DNA of 44,031 nt from Pseudomonadota bacterium (GCA_043798555.1 JAZDOO010000224.1:1-44031); one strand, 5' to 3'. Numbered from the stretch's first letter, positions 34,515 through 43,867 are shown. Translations and numbers: made by a program. The notes: a model not told the origin generated them from the letters alone.

Positions 34515-34600
34515 TCCCTGCTAACCGGTTCGATAGGGCGTTTTTAGTAATTGGTAATACCTGAGTGTATCCAAGATCATATGAAAGGAGAGGACTGATT

Positions 34601-35998
34601 ATGGCAAAAAAAGTCAATTCTGCAAATTTATTTGACCCCAAGATGGAAACCCTCTCTCCAGCAGAGGTCAGGGAGTATCAGTTTCAAAAAGTAAAAAACC
34701 TTATCGAATGGGTTTATGGAAAAACCGAATTTTTTCGCAACCGCTTGAAAGAAGCTAAGGTAACTCCGGATGACATCAAGACCTGGGATGATTTCCGAAA
34801 CCGGATTCCGTTCATAAGCAAAAAAGATTTAGTTAAGGATCAGGGAAAAAATCCCCCATTTGGTACCCGGCTCTGTGTTCCCCGGAAAGAATTACGAGGA
34901 ATGCATATAACCAGTGGAACTTCGGGGCAAGGTCAGGAAGTTTATGGACTCACTCAAAATGATCTTGTTTATTGTGGCCAGGGTTATGGAGCATCGCTTT
35001 ATTCCATGGGGGTTAGGAAAGGGGATTTGGTTGCTCATTTCTTTCCCATCGCTACGATGGCAGGGGGGTTAGCCTCCATCGAGGGTCTTAAAGCCATAGA
35101 AGCCCACCCCATGTTCCTTGCTTTCTTTGATACCAAAAGTAAAATCGGACACATGGTAAAATATAATCCCGAGTGCCTGTTGACCACCCCAGCCTATTTA
35201 AGTCGCATCACTGTCCTTTGCGAAGAGATGGGAATCGAACCCAGAAAGACTTTTACGAACCTGCGCATTATTACTCTCTCCACTGAAAACTTTCCCCGTC
35301 AATGGGCGGAAAAAATGCAGGAGACGTGGGGGGCGACGATTCATGATTGTTACGGGTCCTCACAGATCGGCACAAACTACGGGTACACTTGTGAACCGGG
35401 ATCTGCCTCCGAAGGAAAAGAAAGCTTTTACCATCTGGCAGAACATCTGGCGCTGGTGGAGGTCTTGAACCCGGAAACTAATGAGCCAGTCCAGTATGGA
35501 GAAGAGGGCGAACCAGTGGTTACTACTTTTAGCCGTGAGGCTTCGCCTTTGCTTCGTTTTCGGTCAAGCGATAAAGTACGCTTACTGCCTCCGGAACCTT
35601 GCGATTGTGGCCGCACTTCCCATAGATGGGAAATTGGTAACATCTCCCGCTATGACGATATGATTAAGATGAAGGGCATCAATGTCTGGCCGGCTGCTAT
35701 CAATGACGTGATCTTTTCTTACCCGGAAATTGACGAATATAATGGACGAGTTTTTATTGATACAAAAGGGGTGGAACATATCAAAATCACATTTGAGTTC
35801 AAATATTCAGTAACGGATGAAAATCTGAAAAAACATATTCTGTCGGAGCTGCCTGGGAAAATGCGGGATAAGATAGGACTGAATATCGACTTCAATGCAG
35901 TTCCTTATGGAACCATTGAGCGATTTGAATATAAAACCAGACGATGGACAGATGAGAGAAAGGAAGGACTGAAGCAAGTAAAATTTATTGAAAAGTAA
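34601..35998 (+). CDS. Phenylacetate-CoA ligase (PaaK)/F390-synthetase-family aryl/acyl-CoA ligase
   Basis: Start refined to the ATG at 34601 (AAGGAGAGG RBS). Family-typical N-terminus (ETLSPAEVREYQFQKVKNLIEWVY...FFRNRL). AMP motif TSGTSGQGQE. ~465 aa. Confidence 0.85.
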   Translation: MAKKVNSANLFDPKMETLSPAEVREYQFQKVKNLIEWVYGKTEFFRNRLKEAKVTPDDIKTWDDFRNRIPFISKKDLVKDQGKNPPFGTRLCVPRKELRGMHITSGTSGQGQEVYGLTQNDLVYCGQGYGASLYSMGVRKGDLVAHFFPIATMAGGLASIEGLKAIEAHPMFLAFFDTKSKIGHMVKYNPECLLTTPAYLSRITVLCEEMGIEPRKTFTNLRIITLSTENFPRQWAEKMQETWGATIHDCYGSSQIGTNYGYTCEPGSASEGKESFYHLAEHLALVEVLNPETNEPVQYGEEGEPVVTTFSREASPLLRFRSSDKVRLLPPEPCDCGRTSHRWEIGNISRYDDMIKMKGINVWPAAINDVIFSYPEIDEYNGRVFIDTKGVEHIKITFEFKYSVTDENLKKHILSELPGKMRDKIGLNIDFNAVPYGTIERFEYKTRRWTDERKEGLKQVKFIEK

Positions 35999-36042
35999 AC
36001 TGCGCAATAATGAGCCGTAGTGAAAATGGAGGTAAAGAATAA

Positions 36043-38340
36043 ATGGCCGAATATGCAATCATAGGCAAATCAGTGCCCAAGGTAGATGCAGTTCCAAAAG
36101 TCACTGGTGCTGCCAGATATGCCGGAGACATATTTTTACCCAGAATGCTGTGCGGGAAAATTCTAAGAAGCCCGCATCCCCATGCTCGAATCCTTAACAT
36201 CAATACCAGCAAGGCAGAAAGGTTGTTGGGGGTAAAAGCGGTTATCACCGGTAAACGCGATACCGCGGAGGTAAGATACGGGTTATTTCCCGGCACAAGG
36301 GATGAGTACGCCCTGGCTACTGATAAGGTCCGCTATGTCGGAGACGAAGTAGCCGCAGTAGCAGCTCTTGATGAAGATACGGCAGAAGAGGCTCTGGAGC
36401 TTATTGCAGTCGAGTACGAAGTGCTTCCTGCGGTCTATGATCCCATCGAGGCCATGAAAGAAGGTGCTCCACAACTTCATGATTTTAAGCCCCGAAACAA
36501 AAGTATCGTCGTTGACATAGAGCTTGGTGATGTGGAAAAAGCTTTTAAGGAATCAAATTATATCCGTGAAGATCACTTCGATACCGTAGCATTGACGCAC
36601 TGCATTCCGGAACTCTACGGAGCTATTGCCACGTGTGATCCCTCAGGCTACATTGATGTATGGGTCAATAATCAAGCCCCATTTATCAAACAAAAGGCCC
36701 TCTCCACCACCATGAGGATACCGGAACAGAAGATCAGACTGCACCGGCCTTATCTTGGTGGCGCCTTTGGGAGTCAATCCGAGATGCTGAAGGCAGAGTT
36801 TGTTGCCGCGATGCTTGCTCGCAAAACAAGGAGACCGGTGAGAGTATTTCTCACCCGGGAGGAAACAAATTCAGGGAGTGCCCGGCAGAAGCATCCTTAT
36901 CATATGGACATTAAGACCGGTGTTAAGAAGGATGGAACCATAAAGGTAATCTCCATTAACAGTATCAATGACGGCGGGGCTTACATCAGTATTGGAGCGA
37001 TCACCAATGTCTGTGGAACAATTTGTACCTTAGGTATGTATCCCAGGATAGAGGCCTATAAATACCATTGCGACCGGGTCTGTACCAATAAACCCCCGAA
37101 AGGTGCCATGCGCGGCAACGGAGGGCAGCAGATCCAGTTTGCAGTGGAAAGCCAGGTTGATTTAATCGCCCGGGATCTGGGAATTGATCCGATAGAAATG
37201 AGAGCAAAAAATGCAGCTCGTACCGGAGACGTAAATCCCCATAAGGGTGTGATAAATAGCAGTGCCTTTCCTGATACCATCAGAGAAGCCGCAAAGGCAG
37301 CAGGGTGGAAACAAAAAGTTGGGAAACTCCCGCCTTATAAGGGTATCGGAGTGGGATGTGCCACTTATTTTCATTCCTTTGATTATGGATACCGTACTGC
37401 GTCGGCTGCCTTTATTAAGTTTAATGAGGAAGGAGAGATCACCATATTCAGTGGCAACGTGGATAATGGGATGGGGAATGAGACCATGCTTTGTGCGATT
37501 GCTGCCGAAGAACTCGGGGCCCGTTTAGAAAACATACGGTTAGTGAATGGCGATACCTTACTTACCCCCAACGACCCTGGAACTCATACGATGTCTGCGA
37601 CTACCACCAGCGGAATGGCGATGAAGGTAGCGGCTACGGATGCTAAACGTCAGCTTTTTGAGGTTGCCGCTGAGGTATTAAAAGCTGATCCGGAACGTCT
37701 GGAATCGAAAGAGGGAAAAATTTTTATCAAGGGACGCCCGGATAAAACAATTTCTTTCCGTGATGCCATCAGGGCTGGCCTTTTAAAAGGACAGGTGGTT
37801 TTGGGAAAAGGTCATTTTCAACCTCACCTCGATCCTCTTGATTGGTACGGCGGTGGGATTATGGGTCAGATGGTGGGCGGCTATAGCTATGCAACGACTA
37901 TCGCTGAAGTTGAAATTGATAGAGACACAGGGCAGATAAAGGTGCCTAAGCTTACCGTGGCTTATGATTGTGGTAAGCCTCTTAACCCGCAGATTGTCCA
38001 TGGACTGATTCACGGATCAACAATGTTCTGTTTAGGACAGGCAATGTACGAAGAAATCTATTTAGACAAAGGGCAGGTAATGAACCCTACTTATTTAGAT
38101 TATACCCTTCCTACTTCATTACAGATGCCGGTGATCGAATCAATTATTGTGAAGTCCGAGCATCCTGATGGTCCTTTTGGCGCAAAAGGGCTCGATGCTT
38201 CGGTCCACTCCGTGAACGCTGCTATTGCTAATGCGGTCCACGATGCTATCGGGGTGAGGATTAAAGAGGTTCCCATAACGGCAGAAAAAGTTCTCAAGGC
38301 ATTAGAAGAAAAAGAGAAAAAAGGCGCTCATCGAAAGTGA
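36043..38340 (+). CDS. Xanthine-oxidase-family molybdopterin subunit (4-hydroxybenzoyl-CoA reductase alpha-like)
   Basis: 765 aa. N-terminal a/b-hammerhead signature GKSVPKVDAVPKVTGAARYAGD. Followed by the FAD and 2Fe-2S subunits. Confidence 0.9.
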   Translation: MAEYAIIGKSVPKVDAVPKVTGAARYAGDIFLPRMLCGKILRSPHPHARILNINTSKAERLLGVKAVITGKRDTAEVRYGLFPGTRDEYALATDKVRYVGDEVAAVAALDEDTAEEALELIAVEYEVLPAVYDPIEAMKEGAPQLHDFKPRNKSIVVDIELGDVEKAFKESNYIREDHFDTVALTHCIPELYGAIATCDPSGYIDVWVNNQAPFIKQKALSTTMRIPEQKIRLHRPYLGGAFGSQSEMLKAEFVAAMLARKTRRPVRVFLTREETNSGSARQKHPYHMDIKTGVKKDGTIKVISINSINDGGAYISIGAITNVCGTICTLGMYPRIEAYKYHCDRVCTNKPPKGAMRGNGGQQIQFAVESQVDLIARDLGIDPIEMRAKNAARTGDVNPHKGVINSSAFPDTIREAAKAAGWKQKVGKLPPYKGIGVGCATYFHSFDYGYRTASAAFIKFNEEGEITIFSGNVDNGMGNETMLCAIAAEELGARLENIRLVNGDTLLTPNDPGTHTMSATTTSGMAMKVAATDAKRQLFEVAAEVLKADPERLESKEGKIFIKGRPDKTISFRDAIRAGLLKGQVVLGKGHFQPHLDPLDWYGGGIMGQMVGGYSYATTIAEVEIDRDTGQIKVPKLTVAYDCGKPLNPQIVHGLIHGSTMFCLGQAMYEEIYLDKGQVMNPTYLDYTLPTSLQMPVIESIIVKSEHPDGPFGAKGLDASVHSVNAAIANAVHDAIGVRIKEVPITAEKVLKALEEKEKKGAHRK

Positions 38341-38361
38341 AATGTTTAAAAGGAGAGGACA

Positions 38362-40767
38362 ATGCGTTTACCAAAGTTTGACTATTTAGCCCCAAAGACC
38401 AGAGAGGAGTTATCGTCTTTGCTCTTGAAATACAAGGATGGGGCCAAGATTTTGGGAGGAGGAACAGAACTGCTCGTTTCCATGAAACAGAACATACTCA
38501 CTCCCCGGTACGTGATAAACCTTAAAACCGTTTCCGGGTTAGACTACATAACAAGTAACCATGAGGGAGGAATGAGCATCGGGGCCTTAACTACCCTCAA
38601 CAGGATTGAAGAGTCGCCGGAAGTAAAGAGCACTTTCCCGGTTTTAGCTCAGGCTGCTGGCAGTGTCGCCTCTCCTCATATCCGGCAGATGGCAACCATC
38701 GGAGGTAATATATGTTTAGATGCACGTTGTGGGTATTACAATCAGTCCAAGGAATGGAGAAAGGTACGGGAGACCTGTCTCAAGCAGGGAGGTACTGTTT
38801 GCCATGCAGTTAATAGTCTCTGTGAAAGTGCATGTCCAATCCATATGGATGTTTCCGGATATATAGCCCTCATTGCCGAAGGTCGTATTGAAGAGGCCCT
38901 GGAGATCATCAGGGATACTAATCCGTTGGCCGGAATTTGTGGCCGGGTCTGTCATCATCCCTGTGAAACTGTTTGCCGACGGGGAGAGCTGGATGCACCA
39001 ATAGCTATTGCTGCCCTGAAAAGATTTGCTGTGGACTATGGAGCAAAAAAAGGAATACAAACCCCCATTCGTAAAGCAACGCCAAAAGGAATTAAGGTAG
39101 CCATTGTGGGGTCTGGTCCTGGTGGGTTAACCGCCGCTTATCATCTTGCTCGATGGGGTTATGAGGTCACCGTGTTTGAAGCACTCCCCGTTGCTGGGGG
39201 AGCAATCGCCTGGGGAATTCCAGAGTACCGTCTCCCTCGAGAAATATTACAGGCAGATATTCAGTTTATCACTGATCTTGGAGTAGAAATCAAAACCAAC
39301 AGCCCCGTGGGGAAAGATGGAATTTCCTTCAAGAGCCTGACCAGGCAAGGTTATAAAGCACTCTTTCTCGACACCGGTGCCGGGGAAGGCTATGAGCTTC
39401 CCATCCAAGGCACCACCTTAAAAAATGTCTTAAAAGGGGTTGAGTTTCTTAAGAGATTAAATTTTAAGGAAAAAATAACGGTTGGCAAAATGACTGTCGT
39501 TATTGGGGGAGGCAATGTGGCCATTGATGTGGCCAAGTGTGCCTTACGGCTCGGAGCAAAAGAAGTTCAGCTTGCCTGCCTTGAATCTCGAGATGAAATG
39601 CCTGCCATCCCGGAAGAAATAGAAGAGGCTGAGGTTTTAGGGGTAAAGCTCCATTGCGGCTGGGGCCCGATAAGGATTATAGAAGGAAACGGTGCCGCCC
39701 GAGGGGTTGAGTTACAAAAGTGTATCTCGGTATTTGATCGCGACTGGAAGTTTAATCCTGCGTATGATGAGAACGTGAGAATGATCTTAGATGCGGATAC
39801 GGTCATTATTGCCGTTGGCCAGGTCCCTGATCTTTCCTTTTTGGAAGGATCCGGGGTGAAGATCAGTGGGAACAAAATTCCGGTAGATTCCGTTACCTTG
39901 GCTACCAATAAGCCAGGAATATTTGCCGGCGGGGATGTGGTTACCGGACCTGGAAAAATAGTCGGAGCCATGAGCGCGGGTTTGAATGCTGCTATATCCA
40001 TAGATAACTACCTTCAAGGAAAAGAGCTTTATCAGGACAGAACGCTTCCATCATTTAAAAAAACGCTCATATGCCGTTCCAGTGAAGAAAAAGGGTTTTC
40101 GCGGCAAGAGATGCCTTCCCTCCCATTGGCAGAAAGGCTAAAGGGGTTTAAAGAGGTTAATTTGGGATTCACTTCGGAGATGGCCCAAAAAGAAGCCTCC
40201 CGATGCTTGAACTGTGGGGCGGATGAGTGTGCTGCCATATTTTCAGCAGATACAGTTCCCGCTCTCATCGCCTTGGGCGCTAATGTAAAAATAGTAAAAG
40301 CCGGCGACGAGAACATTATTCCTCTGGAGGCATTTTACACCGGGGAAGGGAAGAAGGTTAATATTCTTACCTCAGATGAATTTATCACTGAAATTCAAAT
40401 CCCTGCACTTCCACCGCATAGTGGAGGAGTATACTTAAAACATTCGGTAAGAAATGTAATTGATTTTCCTCTTCTGGGAGTTGCAACCGTCATCACCCTA
40501 AGTAATAAGAGTGTCTGTAAAGAACTAAAGATAGTGGTCTGCGGAGCCAGTTCTGCACCGTTTAGGGCAACAGAAGCAGAAAACCTCCTTAAAGGGAAAA
40601 AAGCGAATGAAAAGATTATTCAGGAAGCTGCTCAGGAAGCTGCTGCCAAGGCGAGGATCATATCTACCGGAGGAAGGGCAGTAAGCCTGAATTACCGAAA
40701 AAAAATAATCATGGGATTGGTAAATAAATCAATACATCAAGCCTGGAAACAGGCCCTATCGAATTAA
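38362..40767 (+). CDS. Chimeric FAD subunit: CoxM/HcrB-like FAD-binding subunit with a GltD/NfnB-like NAD(P)H:flavin FeS module nested in its [4Fe-4S] loop
   Basis: aa 1-150 are CoxM-type (ILGGGTELL...ATIGGNICLDARCGYYNQSKEWRKVRETCLKQGGTVCHAV). aa ~151-622 are GltD-like (CESACP..., GICGRVCHHPCETVC, VAIVGSGPGGLTAAYHL, VVIGGGNVAIDVA, IFAGGDVV, ...RCLNCGADE). aa 623-801 resume CoxM-type sequence (CAAIFSADTVPALIALGA...VIDFPLLGVA...) and the C-terminal domain. Confidence 0.85.
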   Translation: MRLPKFDYLAPKTREELSSLLLKYKDGAKILGGGTELLVSMKQNILTPRYVINLKTVSGLDYITSNHEGGMSIGALTTLNRIEESPEVKSTFPVLAQAAGSVASPHIRQMATIGGNICLDARCGYYNQSKEWRKVRETCLKQGGTVCHAVNSLCESACPIHMDVSGYIALIAEGRIEEALEIIRDTNPLAGICGRVCHHPCETVCRRGELDAPIAIAALKRFAVDYGAKKGIQTPIRKATPKGIKVAIVGSGPGGLTAAYHLARWGYEVTVFEALPVAGGAIAWGIPEYRLPREILQADIQFITDLGVEIKTNSPVGKDGISFKSLTRQGYKALFLDTGAGEGYELPIQGTTLKNVLKGVEFLKRLNFKEKITVGKMTVVIGGGNVAIDVAKCALRLGAKEVQLACLESRDEMPAIPEEIEEAEVLGVKLHCGWGPIRIIEGNGAARGVELQKCISVFDRDWKFNPAYDENVRMILDADTVIIAVGQVPDLSFLEGSGVKISGNKIPVDSVTLATNKPGIFAGGDVVTGPGKIVGAMSAGLNAAISIDNYLQGKELYQDRTLPSFKKTLICRSSEEKGFSRQEMPSLPLAERLKGFKEVNLGFTSEMAQKEASRCLNCGADECAAIFSADTVPALIALGANVKIVKAGDENIIPLEAFYTGEGKKVNILTSDEFITEIQIPALPPHSGGVYLKHSVRNVIDFPLLGVATVITLSNKSVCKELKIVVCGASSAPFRATEAENLLKGKKANEKIIQEAAQEAAAKARIISTGGRAVSLNYRKKIIMGLVNKSIHQAWKQALSN

Positions 40768-40829
40768 CCACCGCTAAACAAAAACGCCAAAGTGATAGCT
40801 TGGATGTAAGCTCTTAGGGGGATTGTAAA

Positions 40830-41285
40830 ATGAAGCAGACGATGAATTTCAAAGTAAACGGAGAACACTATGAGTTGTTAGTAGATACCCGCAGCACCCT
40901 CCTGGAGGTTTTGAGGGAAGAAATTGGTCTCACCGGCACCAAGGAAGGTTGTAGTCTGGGGGCATGCGGGACCTGTACGGTCATATTAGATGGTAAGCCT
41001 GTACTTTCCTGTTTAGTTTTAGCTGTTGATGCCGAAGGCAAGGAAGTTCTCACGATCGAGGGACTCGCCCAGGGCGATACCCTCCACCCGATCCAAAAAG
41101 CTTTTGTTGAGCATGGAGCCATCCAGTGCGGATATTGCACTCCGGGGATGGTAATGTCCGCCAAGGCATTATTGGATCAAAACCCTAAGCCAGGCTATGA
41201 GGAAATTAAAAAAGCCATTTCAGGAAACATCTGCCGTTGCACTGGCTATACGAAAATTATAGAAGCTATTCAGTCGGTAAAATAA
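40830..41285 (+). CDS. Xanthine-oxidase-family [2Fe-2S] small subunit
   Basis: 151 aa. GCSLGACGTCTV (plant-type cluster) plus QCGYCTPG...CRCTGY (second cluster). Confidence 0.92.
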   Translation: MKQTMNFKVNGEHYELLVDTRSTLLEVLREEIGLTGTKEGCSLGACGTCTVILDGKPVLSCLVLAVDAEGKEVLTIEGLAQGDTLHPIQKAFVEHGAIQCGYCTPGMVMSAKALLDQNPKPGYEEIKKAISGNICRCTGYTKIIEAIQSVK

Positions 41286-41339
41286 CAATAGTAAACCATT
41301 ACTAACTAAAAGTCCTTATTCCCAAAAAGGAGGTTTAAA

Positions 41340-42482
41340 ATGGCATTAGATTGGATACCACGAGCTCCCAAGAATGAAAAACGACACTTTCACTTTGGCG
41401 ATGAAAAATATCTGGGGACAGAGCCACCCTGTACCATGTATGAAAAGAAGCCATTACTTGATCCTGATGGAAATATATCCGAAGGTCTGTACGTGGCCTG
41501 GATCACCCTCAATAACCCCGCTCAATTCAATTCATATACTTCAGAGATGGTCAAAGGGACAGCAGTTGCTTTTGATAAAGCCGCCAATGATGACAGTGTT
41601 GTAGCAGTTATTTTTACCGGGGCAGGAGATAAAGCCTTTTGTACTGGTGGTAATGTGGAGGAGTATACAAAATACTATGCCCACAGACCACAAGACTGCC
41701 ATCACTATATGACACCCTACTGGCATCTTTTCGAAAGTGTCTGGAATTCTGCCAAACCTTTTATCCGCCGGGCCAATGGAATAAGTATTGGAGGTGGTGA
41801 AGAAATCGGAGGGGTCTGTGACTTAACCATAGCTTCCGACCTGGCTACTTTTGGACAGGTGGGACCCCAGCATGGTTCAGTGCCCATGGGAGGTGCCTGC
41901 CAATTCAAACCAATGGAAATGACCATCCAGGATGCAATGTGGAACTCTATATCGTGTGAACAATGGAGTGCCTACACAATGTATCGAAAAAATTATATTC
42001 ATCAGGTAGTCCCCGTGCTTAAGAAAGATGGTACGTTCATCCGGAACCCCTTGGTCATCACTGATAAGTACGTGGAGGACGGAGAAATTGTATACGGAGA
42101 ATTTAAGACTGGTGCCGAGGCAAAAAAGGCAAAGGAGTTGGTTGATACCTTGCCCCGCGATCTTTCGCTCTTAGATAAAGCGTGCACGGATGTGGCCTGG
42201 AGGTTTGCCAATTTATTTCCTGGATGTGTTGGCTTAGCCTTAGCCATGGTTCGATCAGTCAAAAAGTTGGCCTACGACCGGACCAGAGGAGAGCTACCCT
42301 GGTGGTTTGCGGCAAATGCAGGCTGCTTTGGGGAGTACGACATGGGCATGAGTTCTTTCTTTACCCGGAAAATAACCGGAAAGGGAAACATTGATATTTT
42401 ACAATACCGTCGAATGTTAGCTGAGGGACACCCCGTAGACGAGGAATTGTTTGAAGCAGTTATGCCCAAACCGAAGAAGTAG
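41340..42482 (+). CDS. Crotonase-superfamily ring-opening hydrolase, BamA/Oah-like (6-oxocyclohex-1-ene-1-carbonyl-CoA hydrolase family)
   Basis: 380 aa, long for a crotonase and matching Oah/BamA. LNNPAQFNSYTSEMV corresponds to the ...QYNSYTT... block targeted by bamA marker primers. FTGAGDKAFCTGGN and a GGGEEIG oxyanion region. Confidence 0.72.
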   Translation: MALDWIPRAPKNEKRHFHFGDEKYLGTEPPCTMYEKKPLLDPDGNISEGLYVAWITLNNPAQFNSYTSEMVKGTAVAFDKAANDDSVVAVIFTGAGDKAFCTGGNVEEYTKYYAHRPQDCHHYMTPYWHLFESVWNSAKPFIRRANGISIGGGEEIGGVCDLTIASDLATFGQVGPQHGSVPMGGACQFKPMEMTIQDAMWNSISCEQWSAYTMYRKNYIHQVVPVLKKDGTFIRNPLVITDKYVEDGEIVYGEFKTGAEAKKAKELVDTLPRDLSLLDKACTDVAWRFANLFPGCVGLALAMVRSVKKLAYDRTRGELPWWFAANAGCFGEYDMGMSSFFTRKITGKGNIDILQYRRMLAEGHPVDEELFEAVMPKPKK

Positions 42483-42491
42483 GAGAACGTC

Positions 42492-43655
42492 ATGAACTTT
42501 GATCTCACTGAAGAACAGCTAATGATGCGACAATTAGCCCGGGATTTTGCTCTGAAAGAAATTAAACCCGTAGTGGATAAGGATGAAGCCAGCCACCGCT
42601 TTCAGAGCGAATTGGTTAAAAAAATGGGAGAGCTGGGATTTTTCGGGTGTATCATTCCTGAAGAGTATGGAGGGTCAAACACTGGATTTGTTACCCATGC
42701 TCTCATTACCGAAGAAATTGCCCGGGTAAGCGGTTCTCTTCGGGCACCATTTAATGCGCAGGCAATGGGCACTGCTCGGGAAATTTTTCAATACGGGAAC
42801 GAGGAGCAGAGAAAAAAGTATATCCCCAGGTTGGTGAGTGCGGAATGGCTGGGGTGTATCTGTATCACTGAGCCGAATGCTGGTTCCGATGTAGCCTCAA
42901 TGCGAACCAAAGCCGTAAGGCATGGAGATCACTATCTCATAAACGGCTCGAAGAACTGGATCACTTATGGAGAGGTAGCGGACATAGGAATTGTTTATGC
43001 CTATACCGACCAGGAGAAAAAACACAACGGTATTTCCGCCTTCATTGTTGATATGCATTCCGCCGGCATCTCTACTGCGTCAATGGGAGAAAAAATGGGC
43101 TGGAATGCCTGTCCCACCAGCGAAGTTTTTTTCGAAGAAGTAAAGGTTCCCGGGGAGAATTTAATGGGTAACGCAGGAGAAGGCTTTAAATATTGCATGG
43201 GGGGATTGGATAATACCAGATTATCAGCCGCGGCTGGTGCCGTGGGGGTTGCACAGGGACTGCTGGACGAAAGCATCAGGTACGCCACCGAACGGGAACA
43301 ATTTGGTAAACCCATTGCTCAATTCCAGATGGTTCAGGAGGTGATTGCCCGGATGGCAACCGATATTGATGCTGCCCGGCTTCTCACCTATCGTTGTGCA
43401 TACTTAAAAGACAAAGGAGTACCTTCTACGGTGGAGACCTCCATGGCAAAACTATTTTCTTGCGAGGTAGCATCCAGGGTGAGTGATTTAGCCCTCCAAG
43501 TTTTGGGCGCCTACGGATATTCACGGGAATATCCGGTAGAACGTTACCTGCGGGATGCAAAACTGTATCAGTTGTTAGAAGGTTCAGTCAACATCCAGAA
43601 AGTAATCATTGCCGGAGATGTCCTTGGAATCCGCCCAACGAAAAAGAAAAACTAA
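42492..43655 (+). CDS. Acyl-CoA dehydrogenase
   Basis: 387 aa. N-terminal MNFDLTEEQLMMRQLARDFA. TEPNAGSD. C-terminal YQLLEGSVNIQ (catalytic Glu region). Confidence 0.92.
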   Translation: MNFDLTEEQLMMRQLARDFALKEIKPVVDKDEASHRFQSELVKKMGELGFFGCIIPEEYGGSNTGFVTHALITEEIARVSGSLRAPFNAQAMGTAREIFQYGNEEQRKKYIPRLVSAEWLGCICITEPNAGSDVASMRTKAVRHGDHYLINGSKNWITYGEVADIGIVYAYTDQEKKHNGISAFIVDMHSAGISTASMGEKMGWNACPTSEVFFEEVKVPGENLMGNAGEGFKYCMGGLDNTRLSAAAGAVGVAQGLLDESIRYATEREQFGKPIAQFQMVQEVIARMATDIDAARLLTYRCAYLKDKGVPSTVETSMAKLFSCEVASRVSDLALQVLGAYGYSREYPVERYLRDAKLYQLLEGSVNIQKVIIAGDVLGIRPTKKKN

Positions 43656-43867
43656 ACAACCCTCGTCTGCAAGACGAGGGGTTCTAAGGCGGGTTGATTA
43701 AAATCAACTGTTTTTGTCATGCCGGACTCGATCCGGCATCCAGAAGTCCCAAGCATCGTATTCCCTGGATTCCGGCTCTATGGCCGGAATGACAAGTCGC
43801 TCGGCGACAACGTAAAACTTGCTTCGCCTGAAGGCGAGGGGTTTCAACCATCCCCGAAAGGGACACT
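43653..43867 (-). mobile_element. Transposase-less miniature derivative (MITE/PATE-like) of the IS200/IS605 element at 16125-16665
   Basis: Shares TAAACAACC plus two hairpins (43660-43680, 43693-43708) and the 45-nt CTTCGCCTGAAGGCGAGGGGTTTCAACCATCCCCGAAAGGGACA end (43822-43865) with the full element. Its interior has extra hairpins (ATGCCGGA/TCCGGCAT, TTCCGGC/GCCGGAA) and no ORF. Confidence 0.72.

Noticed and set aside
34565-34600. GTG at 34565 as the start of the CoA ligase, as in the ORF track.
   Set aside because: The ATG at 34601 has a well-spaced AAGGAGAGG RBS. The 12 extra residues (MYPRSYERRGLI) would be translated from that RBS itself.
36043-41285. The three-subunit Mo enzyme as an ordinary xanthine dehydrogenase or CO dehydrogenase.
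   Set aside because: The FAD subunit has the Cys-rich loop characteristic of the 4-hydroxybenzoyl-CoA reductase subgroup. The flanking genes are a CoA ligase and CoA-ester enzymes, not purine or CO metabolism genes.
16125-43867. The two IS200-type elements, in the same orientation, bracket the whole catabolic island: a composite transposon?
   Set aside because: IS200/IS605 elements transpose as single-stranded peel-and-paste units and are not known to mobilise large intervening segments. In addition, the carboxyltransferase gene, which fits the pathway, lies outside the right copy.
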